Positions 28,983 to 42,744 of a stretch of DNA of 64,000 nucleotides are shown here, one piece after another (positions within the stretch are counted from its first letter, which is position 1; each line of letters opens with the position of its first letter). Made by a program: the position numbers and the translations under genes. The stretch lies in assembly GCA_050084515.1 (NCBI GenBank), contig CM114271.1, positions 10,478,001-10,542,000 on the forward strand, in the 5' to 3' direction. Below the pieces are notes generated by a model, which worked only from the letters and a program-made list of their open reading frames with translations, was not told where the DNA came from and did no database searches. The DNA comes from Blasia pusilla (taxonomy: Eukaryota).

Positions 28983-30592
28983 TGTCGTGCGCCTACTCTC
29001 CTTGAACATTAATCTTTGTTGTTGCGGAAGCGTGCGTTTAGTAGGTCATGCTCTCAACAATGATATGCATCCAAACATGCACTCATCCTCAATCCGATTG
29101 CTCTTGCATTCGTTTTCTGCCAATGTCTTAGCTTGCACTTATGCGTTTTCTAAGATCTTTGGTGCGTTAGAAGCATCTCAAGATAAGCTTTCCAATGCGT
29201 TCTTATTTATTTCAAACGCATCTAGGAGATAAACGTTATGGTCCGAAAAATATTCCAATTCCCTAAACGTTAGTCGTGTTCCAAAATTGGTCCTCACCTC
29301 TTTGGCAACTAACCTTCCAAGACTCAACTCATCTCAAGTCTTGGTTTGCGTTTGGTCTAGGTTTCCTAGTCGCAACCACTAACATAAGAAATGCACAACT
29401 CTGTTCCATGTTTCGTCTCTTGGACTTTTCCAAGAGACCTTCTAAAAGCCTCTCTAAAGCGCGATCATCGCAACGTGAGTCCACTTGAGTTCTGATGTTC
29501 CACTTGGCGCCTATTTGGTGTTCGTTTGGTTATGAGGGTTGCGACACTCACCCCTCCTTAGAAGGTTGATGTCCTCATCAATGCAAACCTTTTGTTTAAT
29601 GTTAAGTTTTGGGAAGTCGTCCCCTTAACACTGAATCCCGTTTGGTAGCTAACCCGAAATTCCTCTTTTGGCTTAAGTGTTAGGTTGTCGCTTGCACCAC
29701 TTATAATTATTAGCTTCTTCACTTCAATCAGCCTAGACCAAATCTGCAGAACTAATCTAAACTATCAAAATAAGCTAACTAAGTCTGCAACCTAACACTT
29801 CACTCACTATTTGAAAACAACGGCCTGTTTACCTAACCAACTCGTACTACTTTTGGGTCACTCGTATTCTACTAAGGCGCGTCACTAAGTTCACTCATGC
29901 AACATGAATGAGATCACCACAAACCCCAAGACAGACTAATTTCCCCCGCTGACGTTAGGGCGGGTCCAAATGTTAGTACTTCAACACTTGGTCCTGATCT
30001 AGATGCCTTATCCTAATATAAGATCTCACCTCAAATACTCATTGTTTTTCCTCCTTGACTTACATCCTAAGCATATGAAGACCTACTCATTGCCATGTGC
30101 TACCAAACTCAGAATCACAATCACTAGCATCGAATCTCCAAATCCATGCATTCTTTATTGCAACAACTAAACTTTTCTAGTTACAACGGGTTATCGGCCC
30201 AAGCTTCCTAGTCACAAGTTATGTCCTTTGCTTCACCATGTACTAATATATGTGCCTATCTTGCATCCATTTGAAGTCTTGCAACGCCTCTTGTGCGTGT
30301 TCAAGATCTGCCTCTGTAATCCAAGTCGCCTCTTTCACATGGTAGCCTTTCCACTTAACCAAGTACTCGTACTTGGTGGCTCTACATCTGGAATGGAGAA
30401 TGGTCTCCACCTTGAACTCTAGTTCCTCATTTCTGTTAACCGATTGTGGTCTCAACAAAATCCTTCGTTCCGAACGCACAATGTCTTGAAGACACTTCTT
30501 CATAATGACACATGGAAATTCGGGTGAATCTTGAACTTGTTTGGCAACTCGAATGTGTACACATCCTCAAACAGCTTTGCATTGATCACATA
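28983..30592 (-). mobile_element. 3' fragment of the chromovirus family (integrase end, chromodomain, PPT, internally deleted 3' LTR 28983-29546)
   Basis: ORF 30243-30503 is nearly identical to the chromodomain ORF 47051-47266. The DNA is a reverse-complement match to ~46920-48400 and to the LTR end at ~50490-50596. Confidence 0.9.
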
Positions 30593-30594
30593 CG

Positions 30595-33500
30595 TACTTC
30601 TTCTTCCGGCGCTTCAAGTCGGCCTTTCTTAGGTCTTGGCACTTCACGAGAGTGCGAGGGTGGTCGGGACGACGATCCTTTTTCCGGCCTTTGCCTAGTT
30701 CTTGGCACACTTTGAGGTGTTGCTGGTGGTGTTACTGCTGCTGCTTCCTGAGTACCCAAAGCAAAATGCTTCGGTTGTCTTCGGCTTTCTAAATGGGATA
30801 ACTGTGACCCACTCTAAAGACTCGTCAAGGGCAACCTCCTCGACATAAGTGTACAAGAAAATTAAGAAGGGAGAGAGATAAGACTTCTCTCCCGATGTCA
30901 AAGCTCCTATTAAATATATGACATGGGCCTATACTAGCCCCACAAAATCTACTCCTGGCTCTTCGGCTTGTAGATGCATGTTCCAAAGAGTATAACATTG
31001 CTTCGCAAGCTTATTACTCATATAATACGTCATACCAGGACTGAACAAGACCTGGTACAACTTACAGAATTGCACGAAGAGGGGAGGGCTCAACATCTGT
31101 GACTTGCAGCCGTTTCTTCCTAATCTCTCCATTGTCACGCACCCAAGTTCTTCCAATTCCTCTTGTCAAACAAGAGCGTCACAGTCCAGTTCCTCTTCTG
31201 GGGTCGGGGGTAACTCATACACGACACGCCAAAAATTTGCACACCATTTGTTTGGCTGCGCTTGATATTTATATCCCTTCTTGCCAAATTTGATCACCTT
31301 GGAGCTCGAATCTAGCTCTGCAAGTAACGCCATCGAAGACTACGACCAATCGACTCCAAAGAACTACCACAAAGATCTCTCCTCCAAGGCTTCATGAAGT
31401 TCACTCAAAATCCCTTATGTTGGATACACCCCGCACTTCATGAGAGCCATGTCCTCCTTTTGACCCGAGTCTGCCTGCTTCCGTCGGTTCTTGCAAGATC
31501 TCTACAAGGCTCTCTTTGGTTGACTCTTGACGATTCCTAGTCCTCTTGCCATGTGAAATGAGCAAACTCGCGCCTCTAGTATGACTACTATTGTGACTCA
31601 TAACCGCCAGTCTTACAGAATGGCCGTTCCTTCCGTAACGGCCTCTGGGCATTCTTGGCGATCTAGTGCAAAGAACACGAAGAGCAAGACGGAAAAGACC
31701 CAAGACAAAGACCACCATCCCTTGTCTTTCTTGAGTCTTTGTGAGTCCTGGGTGTCTTTACTTCAACATTCCTGAAGTCTTTAGTGCAGCTCCTGCCCAC
31801 TCGTTCCTTACCCCCTCCCTTAGTCTTCAGTCGGGTGTATGATATCTTTGCACATGCGTGCCATTCACAATGCTTCTCCTCTTAATTTTTCCAATTGTAA
31901 AGAACGATTTTCAGAGATCTCTAGGACTCGATAAGTTCCCATCCAATTAAACTTCAGCTTCCTTGGGAACTTCAGACGACGATTGTCAAAGAGTTGCACC
32001 AAATCTCTTCCTTGTATTGATTGTGGTCTCAGGTTCTTGTCATAGAGCTTCTTTCTCTGGGTTTGGAAAGTCTTTGTATGGCCAAGAGCAAGATGTCTTG
32101 CTTCCTCCACATCTACCAACTCCTCATTCCTCTTTTCCAATGATAGCTAACTCTTCTTCGTTTCTCTCTTCTTCCAGAATTTGGTAAGTGAGTACATCCC
32201 ATTCGATTGGAACAAGGGGTTGAATTCCATATGTCAGATAGAATGGTGTGGACCTGGTAGTGATTTTCTCCGCTATTTGGTAAGCCCAGAGTGTTGTAGG
32301 AATCTTGGTATCTGAGTCATATGAATAGGTGACAGTTAGGCGCTTCAAAATCCTGCAAATAAGCCCATTGGACTTCTCTGTTAACCCATTGGCTTTGGTA
32401 TTGTAGGGTGTAGTCTTCCTATGCTTGATCAGGAAGTGATCCGTCTAAACTTTGACCATCTTGTTGAGGAAATGGGTCCCTCGGTCGCTTACCAACTCCA
32501 GAGGACAGCCGTATCTGGTAATGATAATCTCATATAGAAACTTAGGCATTGCCTCACTAGCATCCTTACGAGTAGCTACTGCTTCCACTATCTTGGTACA
32601 ATAATCTGTAGCAATTAAGATATACAACGGATCTGCCTAGTGGCACGTGAGATAGGTCCCACGAAATCAATTCCCCACTTCTCAAACGGGGCCAAAGGGA
32701 GAATAGGTACCAGAAGCCAGCGAGAATTCGCTGTTGGCCTTCATGCTCTTTGACAAGCATCACACTTTTGGATGAAGAACCTGAGATCCTGATACATTGT
32801 GGGCCATCAATAGCCTACGGCCAGGATCGTCTTGACACTATTCTTGACTGCATAATGTCCTCCTACATCCTCTGAATGTATAGAAAAAATTACTCGAGGA
32901 ACTTCCTCCTTCTCCAAGGTCCACATGTCTGCGCCAAGCTTGAATAACATCTCCATGAAGAGCTCATAAGGCCCTACTTTACGTAAAAAAATTGCCCATT
33001 CTTTTTCTGCTTTAGGGGCTAGAAAGGTAAGAGTGACTAGAAATCGTAGAATGTCTTCATACGAAGATCTTTGGAGGGTCTCTTCGTTGACCAAGAACAT
33101 ATATTCATCCGGAAAGTTGTCTTCCAAGGTCTTCGTGAGATCGGTCTTGGGCACCCTCAAGCGCGACAGGAATTCCGCGTTGGTATGGATCTTCCCCGCT
33201 CTTGTTACTACATCAAAGGTAAACTCTTGCAACAACAACATCCACCTAGCAATCCTCTCGAACAAGTCCGCTTTGACCACTAAGGCACGAAGTGCAAAAT
33301 GGTCGACATGGAAGACAAACAGATATCCCAGCAAGTAATGTCAAAACTTCTTACAAGAAGAGACCATTCCTAAGGCTTCTCTCTCTGTAGTCGTGTACTT
33401 TTGCTCCGCAATTGAGAGTTTCCAACCTGCATAGTAGTCGGGGTAATCCTTCTTTGTCTCATCCAATTGACTTAGTTAGTACTACTCCAATTGCAAACAA

Positions 33501-36500
33501 AGAGGTGTCTACATACACTTGGAACGTCCTCGTCCAATCAGGAGGGCGAAGCACCGGAGTTGTTATCAATGTCTGCTTCAACTCCTCGAATGTAGCTTGA
33601 CAAGTTGGAGACCACTCCCACTCCTCGATCTTCTTCAGTAGGGTAGTTAAGGCTTCGCCTTTAGTGCATAATCTTTAATGAACCGGTTCATTAAAGATTA
33701 TGCACTAAACCCCACATGCCCCAAGAATCCTCTTAGCTCACAAAGACTCATAGGAGCTTCTAACTCTGAAATTATCTCCACCTTAGCCTTATCTACTTTG
33801 ATACCGCACGAAGATACTCGATGCCCCAATAGGATACCCTGCTTCATTGCAATGTGAGACTTATTCTGCTCCTCTAGTCTCTTGGATCTCCTTGGATGTG
33901 TAACAACTTCATCAGTTGCGGGTGAATCCCTACCATCCAAGAGCTGCTTTATCCACTTAGGGTATGACAACCATAGTGGAAGAGCAGGCTGCTCTTTGTA
34001 ATCATCACCAAATTCTTCTTCTTGATGATCAGATGTAAACATTGGTGGTGTGCTCTTGTGGGTTATCTCATCGTTTGATGATAATGTGGACCGACCACTG
34101 ATATCCGCCATTTGAAAAGGCTGTTCCTGGAACACCATATCACGACTCACAAGCATCTTCTTTGACTCAGAACACCATAGGCGATAAGCTTTAGCCTCAT
34201 CACTGTATCCCATAAAGATGCACTTCCTGCTCTTGGACTCCAGCTTGGTCCTAGATGCTCAGGAATATGTACAAAGCACTCACTACCAAAAGTCCTGAAA
34301 TGTTGGACTAATGGTACCTTACCTGAGTATGATTGATGAGGAGTCATGCCTTGCACTGACTTGGTAGCACTTCTATTTAGAATGTAAACGGCAGTATTAA
34401 CAGCTTCATCCCAAAATCCTTCTGTCAAACCTTTTTCTTTCATCATACATCTTGCCATCTCCACCACTGTACGGTTTCAACGCTCAACAACTCCATTTTG
34501 TTGTGGTGTATGTGCCGTGGTTAACTGTTGCCCGATTCCATGCTCCCCCAAATATTTGTTGAATTCTGTTGATAAGAATTCTCCTCCTCAATTGGTGCAA
34601 AGCTTCTGTACCTTCTTTCCTGTCTCATTCTCAACCAGCTTGTGCCATACTTTAAATTTTCCAAAAGCACTTGCCTTATCACGAAGGAAATACACCCACA
34701 TCTTCCAACTATAATCGTCGACAACTAAAAAGAAGTAGGAAGAACCACCTAATGCCAATGTTCTCATTTTACCACAGAGGTCAGCATGAATCAGCTTTAG
34801 AGGAGCCTTTGCTCTATTGCTGGACTCTTGTGGAAATGGTTTTCGGTGTCGCTTGCCCATCATACAAGCTTCACATGTATCCGACACTCCAGAAATTGTT
34901 GGTAAATCAACAACCATGCCAGATTTCTGCATCTGACTTAGTAAGGGGAAGCTTAGGTGACCAAATCTTTCATGCCACAACTTACTGCTACTAAGATCTA
35001 TACCTACACTTGTCTTGAAAGCATACAACTCGTAGATATTTCCACGTCGTATACCTTCATCCACTTATTTCCCATTGGCATCCTCAATGACTGCTCCAGT
35101 TTTCTTGAAACGAACTTCTAGGTCACGATCACATAATATTGCTATTGAAATCAAATTTTGCTTCAACTCTGGTACGTACAATACATCAGTTAACTTCTTT
35201 TCATCTCATTTTTGTGAGACTAAAGAAATTGTGCCTTTCCCTTATATAGGGCACTTTGGATTATTTCCAACAGTAACAACGATGGGCTCCTGTAGAGGCT
35301 GTAAGGAGCTATACCAGTCCTTATGATTGGTCATATGCCTAGATGCTCCACTATTGAGCACCCATGCATCTTCACTCTTTGACTTAATGGAATGTTTTGC
35401 TTGTGTGCAAAACTCTTCGATTGCTGCCCAAGCATCTACCTCATGCTCTCCTAGTTCTACAGAATTTCCAGACTCCTTCTTAGGTCTTAAACAACCGTTC
35501 TTCTCATTCTCACTTCTCTTTCTACAATCTTTGATAAGATGACCTAGCTTACCACAATAAAAGCATTTGAAGGCTTTCCTTAGAAATTTCTTCTTGACAT
35601 TTGAACTGTAATACTGATTTCTATCTCTCTGTACATTGGCAGTAAATGCTGCATCACTTCCCTCTCTTGCTTTGAAGCGCATTTCCTCTTCTACCAACAT
35701 TGCACTAAATTTTTCAAAAGTAAGCGGCCTAGGTCTTACTTACTTCAATTTTCAATGCAGTGACCAAACTGTCATACCTTGGAGGAAAAATCCTTATGCA
35801 TCGACGAGCCAAATCTTTGCTAGACTTTGAAATTCCTACAAACGCCATCTGATCTTGAAGATTCTTGATCCTTGTAAAAAATTGCTCCATGCTTTCTCCT
35901 TCTGAAAAGTTCTCGGACGTAAGCTAATTCTCCAGATTCTAAATCCGAGCCTCATTTCTCTTTTCATACTGATTCTTCAGAATGTTCCACGCCTCAGCAA
36001 CAGTGGTTGTATGTTGAATGAGAGTCATGACAAAATCAGTTATATTCGTGACAATCGCATATAGAGCATCAACTTTTCTGCGTTTCCATGCCAACAATAC
36101 AACATGATCGATATCCCTAGATGAAGATGAAGATGAACATGTAGAACTCAAAGTAGCTTGTGGATTCAAATCGACCCCTCTGGCCGTCTCCCAGATCTCA
36201 AATGATTGGAGGACAGTTCTCATTTTGAACTTCCATAATGTATAGTTAGACCCATCTAACTTCCCTTCACCCCGCACCTCATGCAATATAGGGTTAAATA
36301 ATCCTAGTAACGCTACTCCGTAAACCACCTACATCATATTACTATGACTCCTCCGACGTCTAAGTTGAAACCATCAATCTAGGCTTCTCCTCATACAAAG
36401 GGGGCCGATCAGATTAATGGTGATGAGAGAAGTGGATGTTGAGAATCCAACATGTCCTCCCTTCTTGCAGTTACCACATAGGGGATTCAACCCTACGGAT

Positions 36501-37000
36501 CTCTTTGGATTTGGACAATTCTTTGCGCAGTGTTTGGCTTCCCCACAATTATAACAAAAATTCCTCTTAATTGGTGGGATGAATGCTGCGGGCCCCATGA
36601 TATGACGTAGAGGCCTCTATTCTCCATACTCGGACGGTGCGTATCTAGGAATCCAACTACGAGGAGTACTAGCCCCGGGAACTTCCTGAACCGCGTAGCA
36701 TCCTTCCCACTGATCTGGCTCATACCATCCCTCATCCCTTGAGGGTTCTTCTTGCATCCAACGTAAATTTGGTTGAAGCGGACACTCTGGCATTGTATGC
36801 CCATGAGTTCCACAAGCGCTGCGCCAAGTGTACCTTTAGTTCGGCCATTTACTTTGTCAACTCATTGATGTCGGACTTCTCCCCATCCTTCTTAGTCTTA
36901 CGGGGGTGACTCACAGACTTGCCACTCTCTATCTTCGCGCTCGCGTCCTTATGCCCCGAACATTGTCTTGGGTGTCTTGATTTCTTCTTCTTCTTGCCCT
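30595..37000 (-). mobile_element. Athila-like Ty3/Gypsy copy C (gag 36453-37000; RT end, RH and INT 31865-33860; probable 3' LTR remnant left of the PPT at ~31810), disrupted by Copia and a deletion
   Basis: CYNCGEAKHCAKNC and CGNCKKGGH knuckles. ORFs 32807-33334, 32445-32627, 32124-32348 and 31865-32140 match copy B. Purine tract AAGGGAGGGGG at 31811-31821 on the minus strand. LTR limits are uncertain. Confidence 0.75.
33862..36452 (-). mobile_element. Truncated Ty1/Copia element (LTR remnant, gag, PR, INT; RT and RH missing)
   Basis: KLDGSNYTLWKFKMR, CFYCGKLGHLIKDC, WVLNSGASRHMT, WHERFGHL, IHADLCG, MGYSDEAKAYRLW, RRSKR. Starts TGTTGG at 36452 and is fused directly to Gypsy RT at ~33862. 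Confidence 0.9.
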
Positions 37001-40000
37001 TGTTATGCGCATACACATCGCTACACAACATACATCGCTGTCACCAAACACACACACAAACACGCACAATCCCAAGCTAACTCATGGCATCTAAACAACG
37101 AGACAAGAAGTACCAAAATATCTCCATTAAAATAAGATCCAATCTCTCTCACAACACCATAGTTCTCAAATGTGTGCACTCTCACACGTCTCTCTTAATG
37201 TCAAACCAAACCCACTCTCCTAATGAGAGGCTTGCGTTACACACACAAGGCAAGCAAGACCATAGCTCCACCGCCTCATGCCAAGAAGTTGAACAAAGAG
37301 AGAATGAGCTCTCAAGCTCACTCTCATTGAGGTATACCCCTCCCCTCTCCCAAGCTCTCTATACCATCACGTCCCTCCAATAAGAGAATACCATATGGCA
37401 AAATCTCACGCACTCTCAAGATGGTGCATCCTACAATCATATCCAAGATTGTGGGTGCCGTCTACTGCAAGTAGACATAGTCTCCCTGATAAAACCTCCA
37501 GATAGTAGGTCGATAACCACCTCCCCAAATAGTCGCAAACCTCAATGTATCCCGATGTTGCGCAATCGCCAAGTTCTCAAACGCCATGGGCATTACTCTC
37601 TAAAAAAACTCAGCCCTCTGAGCACATGCTTGCATCCATACATCAAGGTCTTCAAGGTTCAACATCTTACCAATATCTCGATGAATGGCCGTAGGTAAAT
37701 CTGGCTCTCGGCCATATAAAAGTAAGTATGGTGAGAAAGACGCTAAGGATGCCTGCCTGCTGAATCTGTACCCCATCGCCAACCACGGCGACTGGAGGTC
37801 CCAATCTCCTAGGTGACCTCTCTGCAAGCTATACTTGCGTAATCCTCTCTTCATTGTCTGCACAACCCGCTCCACTAGTCCATCTGCCTCTGGATGATCT
37901 CGCAAAGTAGTGGGGTGGTCGATCAATGCCTGATCACACAAGGCTTGAACTCCCCGCGGAACTCTGTACCTTGGTTTGTCAACACCTGAGCTGGTGCGCC
38001 ATAATGACTCAACACTCGATCTAGGAAGGCATAAGCTACTCCCTCACTCACTTTGTCAGGCAAGGAAACCAACTCTATCCACTTTGAGGAGTGTTCAACC
38101 ATCACCAACACATAACGACTATGGCGCTGGGTCAAAGGCAAAGGTCCTGCAAAATCCAAACTCCATCTATAACCTAAACCCATGATCGGAAGTGGATGCA
38201 ACTATGGATTCAGAGCATTGAACGATGCTCGGACTCAACCACACACCATGCATCTGGCAAGAAACTTCTGAACGTCAGTCTGCATGCCTGACCACCAATA
38301 CTGAACGTGGAGCAAGTTGTACGTTTGTTTCACTCCAAAATGACCCAAATCCTCATGGGCATGACACACCAAACGTGCTCTCTACAAAGGATGAGGCACT
38401 ACACGCACTCTACCATCCTCCCACACTCACAACACATATGTCCCCTCCCACTGAAACCGTTTGGCTCGCTGTAGGATCCGATCCCGCTCTCTAACATCCA
38501 CTGTGCTCGCGACACTGCTAGTACGTAGGTACTCCAAGATCACTCCATCGTCGTGAATGTCTCAGTCACATGTCGTCTCCTTACGGGCCTCTGGATCTAA
38601 GGACTCTCCATCAGACCTTGCCATAGAAGTCTCAGCAATCTGGCTCTCCATAACCAACAAGCCCAAATAGGCTGATGCATGCCATCTTGGCACCAACTCC
38701 CCATCACTCTCACCAAGCCAACGAGCTCCTCTTGCATCTCGCTGACTCGTGCATGGGTTACGGCTCAAACCATCTGCATCTTGGTTGAGCATCCCAGGTC
38801 TATGCACCACCTAGAAGTCATACTCCTGCAATAAAAGAGCTCACCTTGCAAGCTTCCCTATAAGGTTGTCGGACTCCATCAACCACTTAAGTGGCTGATA
38901 ATCAGTAATGATGGTAAAGGGATTACTGAATAGATAACATCTGAAATGTGTGATAGCCCATACTGCAGCCAAGCACTCATCCTCATACGAGCTTTACTTC
39001 GCCTCTATAGCGTTGTTCGAGCGACTAGCATAAGCCACCACAAACTTTCTATCATCATCGTCATGTTGGATGAGCACGGCTCCAAGCCCCAACATGCTCG
39101 AATCGGTATGCAACTCAAAAAGATGCCCCCTGATCGGTCTCCTCAATATGGGCACGGATGTCAATCTGTCCTTAAGCATCTGAAATGCTCTCTCCTGCTC
39201 ATCCCCCGCGGTGCCACTCCTGATCCACCTTGGTCAGCAAGGTCAGTGGCTTTGCAATCGAGCTAAAACCCTTGACGTACCGTCAATAGAAGTTTGCCAA
39301 TCCCATGAATGCACAAATTCGACTCACATTTATAGGGCGTGGAATGCGTGAAATAGCCTCTACCTTCATCTGCTGCACACCAAGGCCCCCTGGGTGTATC
39401 ATATGACCAAAGTACTCAATCTAGTCATAGAAGAACTTGCACTTGCCTGGATGTAGCTTCAGCCCATGTAATTGCAATTGTCGAAACACCTCCTCTAGAT
39501 GTCACTCATGCTCCTCAACCGTGGCGCTAAAGACTACGATGTCATCAATATAACACCTAGCAAAATCCAGACCTGCCAAGATCCTATCCATAACCCTCTG
39601 AAATTCAACCGGGCCTTGTTTAACCCAAATGGTAAGAATCCTTCTCGGAAGGATTGATATCCCGAAATGTCATCTTTTGCGTGTCCTCCAATCTAATAGG
39701 CAGCTGATGGTACTCGGCTCGAAGATCTAATGAACTGAAGACCTTTGCATGCCCAATAGCATCAAAGATCTCCTCAGGAGTGGGCATGGCATACTTATCA
39801 GACTTTGTCTGTCGATTGATAGGTCGGTAATCTCCACACATCTGCCTATCCGTCCACTTGCCATGCACATCCTTCTTGGCAGACATGACAGTGGTAGATG
39901 CATACTCTCCATGCGACATCTCCACTAGTCCAGCGCCAACCAAGTCCTGGCTCCTACACTGAATCAGAGCCCTCTCCATGTCAATGTACTTGTAGGGTCG

Positions 40001-40529
40001 TTGGAAGATTGGCGTGTCACTCGACAACTCAATGCGGATCCATGGACCCTTTAGTGTATCCAAATCCTGCATACTAAATGCAAAACAACTCCTATAACTC
40101 CTAAGGAACTGATGTATTTGGCGCCGCTCTCTTTTTGTCAACTTAGGACCCATGTGTGGCTTCCAAGTCTCCATCGTGACTACGGTAGGACTCTCCAGCT
40201 CGGCTACCGATGGTTGCTATGGTGCAACCCCGTCTCGGACAACAAAACTTGACCACTCCTGTGCAGCCAACTACAAAATCGGATCTCCATTTGCAGTACT
40301 TGGCACCACACTCGATGTTGCGGGTACCATCTCTTGACGTACATTCAAAAAATCCCAAGAAGTCCAAGGGCGTCTCTCCCGATCACCCCTGGTGTAGCGA
40401 TCTCATTGGGTCTCGCTCCCGGCCACTGTCTCAACTGTCTTGCTAGGCATGGGGCTCACCAACGCAACTTTTGTGATCTATCGCATCCTTAAACGACGTT
40501 GCTCAACTACTCCTAAGTTGAAAATCCAT

Positions 40530-41460
40530 GTCAAGCAATTCAGGTCAATTGCTTGACCCATGATGTCATGATACCTTTGATAGTGATAGTACTGTCGTCA
40601 CTCTTGTGGGGAATCCCATCGCTCGCTCTCGCTCATCGGCATTGGGCTCCACCAAGCTCGTACCTGGTCATCCCAAACCAAGCCAGGTCTGGCCTCCTTG
40701 AATGCATAGGAAGCAAGAAAACTCACCAATGTGGGAAAGGTTGCTCGTGGCATGCCAATCGTGTTGACCACAATCAACGGCCGTCGATCATTGTGTCTCA
40801 CTGCTTGTGATCGACGGCCTGGATCCAATATAGAATCCACCAACCAATCGGAGGGAGGCTCCACTCTCGCATAAGCCCTCCGCAACACCTCATGTGGTAT
40901 CAAGTTGGTCCACCAAAGATGCGGGCGGTATGCTCTAGAACCTACACTCACCGCATCTAACAACAGTGCCAGGCTGATCCATGTGCGCACCTGATGTGCA
41001 CTCGTCACCATGCGGGACCTCGAATCACCCAAAATCGGCACATTCTCCAAAGTGTATGCTGGAGAACGAGGCTGATGCGCCTGTAAATGTTGCAAGATTT
41101 GCATCATCTCCCAAAACAACCTGGACCGAGTTTCAGCCAACCCGCTACCTTGTCCAACACTCGATAGGCCCTGACACGGCCAACCATAAATGACCAAGTC
41201 GATGGTCCCTACCCGCTCCAAGTCATGCGCCCCCAACAATGAAATGTCCCTCGGTAGGGAACTCTGGTAACCGTGAATGGCGGACACAGACAACAAGTTG
41301 GGAAAATAGAGGCGTAACTGCACCACATGGTGAAGTGAAGCGTGCCTTGCAACATCATCAATCTCCACATACAGGTATTGTTGCATGCGCACTCCAGCGT
41401 GCAACCCAATAGCTAACCCAATGTTGATCCCTCCAAAGAGATCCAACACCCGGATACCCT
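40530..41460 (-). pseudogene. C5-cytosine DNA methyltransferase domain within Gypsy pol, copy 2
   Basis: IRVLDLFGGI, YLYVEID, DLVIYGWPCQGLS, RSRLFWE, LENVP, RAYRPHLWWTNL in ORF 40598-41587. Confidence 0.92.
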
Positions 41461-42744
41461 CCTCTGGGATGCACCACACAATTGGGGTGTTGTCCAAAGG
41501 GGTCATAGCAGCACTCCTGCCTACTTGGGGTTCCTCTGACCCATCACACTCTAGTGCAAACGGTCTCGCTCCACGCGGCCTGCACATGCTCAGTGGCTAA
41601 GCGTCGAAGCTCTTCAGTCGGGCCTCAAAACGGCACCTCTCCTCCACGGACTGATGCGACTACCATGACACTCCTCTCCATAGAAATATCAAGAATGGGA
41701 CTATCCTCTGCATGGACGTGTCCCTCAATCAAATCACTAGGCCAAGTGATGGCACTGCTAAATGTTGCTAAGGTCGCCATCTCTCCTGGCTGTCGTTCTA
41801 TCACTACACCTGTGAATCGAACGGGTAATGAGCTAAGGCGCCCATCACTTGACTGCCATCCTGGTATGTAGGACATCGACTCCTCCCAATAATCCACAGA
41901 AAACCCCATCAGGTATAACACTGCTCTACCAACCAAGACATTGTAGGACTCTACATTAGTCACTATCGCCTTGGCTTGCACCATGGACTCATCTATAGGA
42001 TGTTCCGGGAAAATCCTCACCACGACCTCATGTCGGGTGATATACTGTGTGGTACTCGCTCCACCGGATACAGACATCCAGTATATGGAGCGTTGTCCAT
42101 TCCGGATACAGACATCCAAGGATGTCGTGCGCCGACTCTCCTTGAACGTTAATCTTGTTTGTTGCGGAAGCGTGCGTTCAGTAGGTCACGCTCTCAACGC
42201 TGATCTGCATCCAAACACGCACTTTGGTTAGCCGGGACTTGGATTCCAACCCGAAATTCACTTCGTGCAAGTCTTGGTGAGGAACTCATTGGATGTTCAT
42301 CGGACAGTTGGAACCGCTAGGCGCGAAACGCCGTTTTAGGTTCCTGAACCGACCAGAAAGTCTGTCCCAAGTCTTTCGAGACTTGCCCGTGTTGGAAACC
42401 GCGAAACTAGGAAGGTTGAGCTTGAAGAGAGAGTCCGAGATGGGAACTCGGAAAGTAATCCCGCTGATTGATCCAAGTCCTGGCTAACCAAAGTGCGTGT
42501 TTGGATGCAGATCGGCGTTGAGAGCGTGACCTACTGAACGCACGCTTCCGCAACAAACAAGATTAACGTTCAAGGAGAGTAGGCGCACGACACGTGGTAT
42601 CAGAGCAATTCCTTGATGAGCGTGAACTTGGGGTCGTTGAAGATTTGGACGTTTGGGGAGAACTCAAGGTAACCGGAAGACCGCGACACCGAGGAGGAAC
42701 GCAAGAGGCGAGGAGGAGATCTGAGAAAAGGCGACGACTCGCAA

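Noticed and set aside
33698-34213. Apparent Copia-integrase/Gypsy-RT fusion ORF
   Set aside because: Best explained by a deletion joining nested elements; both partners are truncated.
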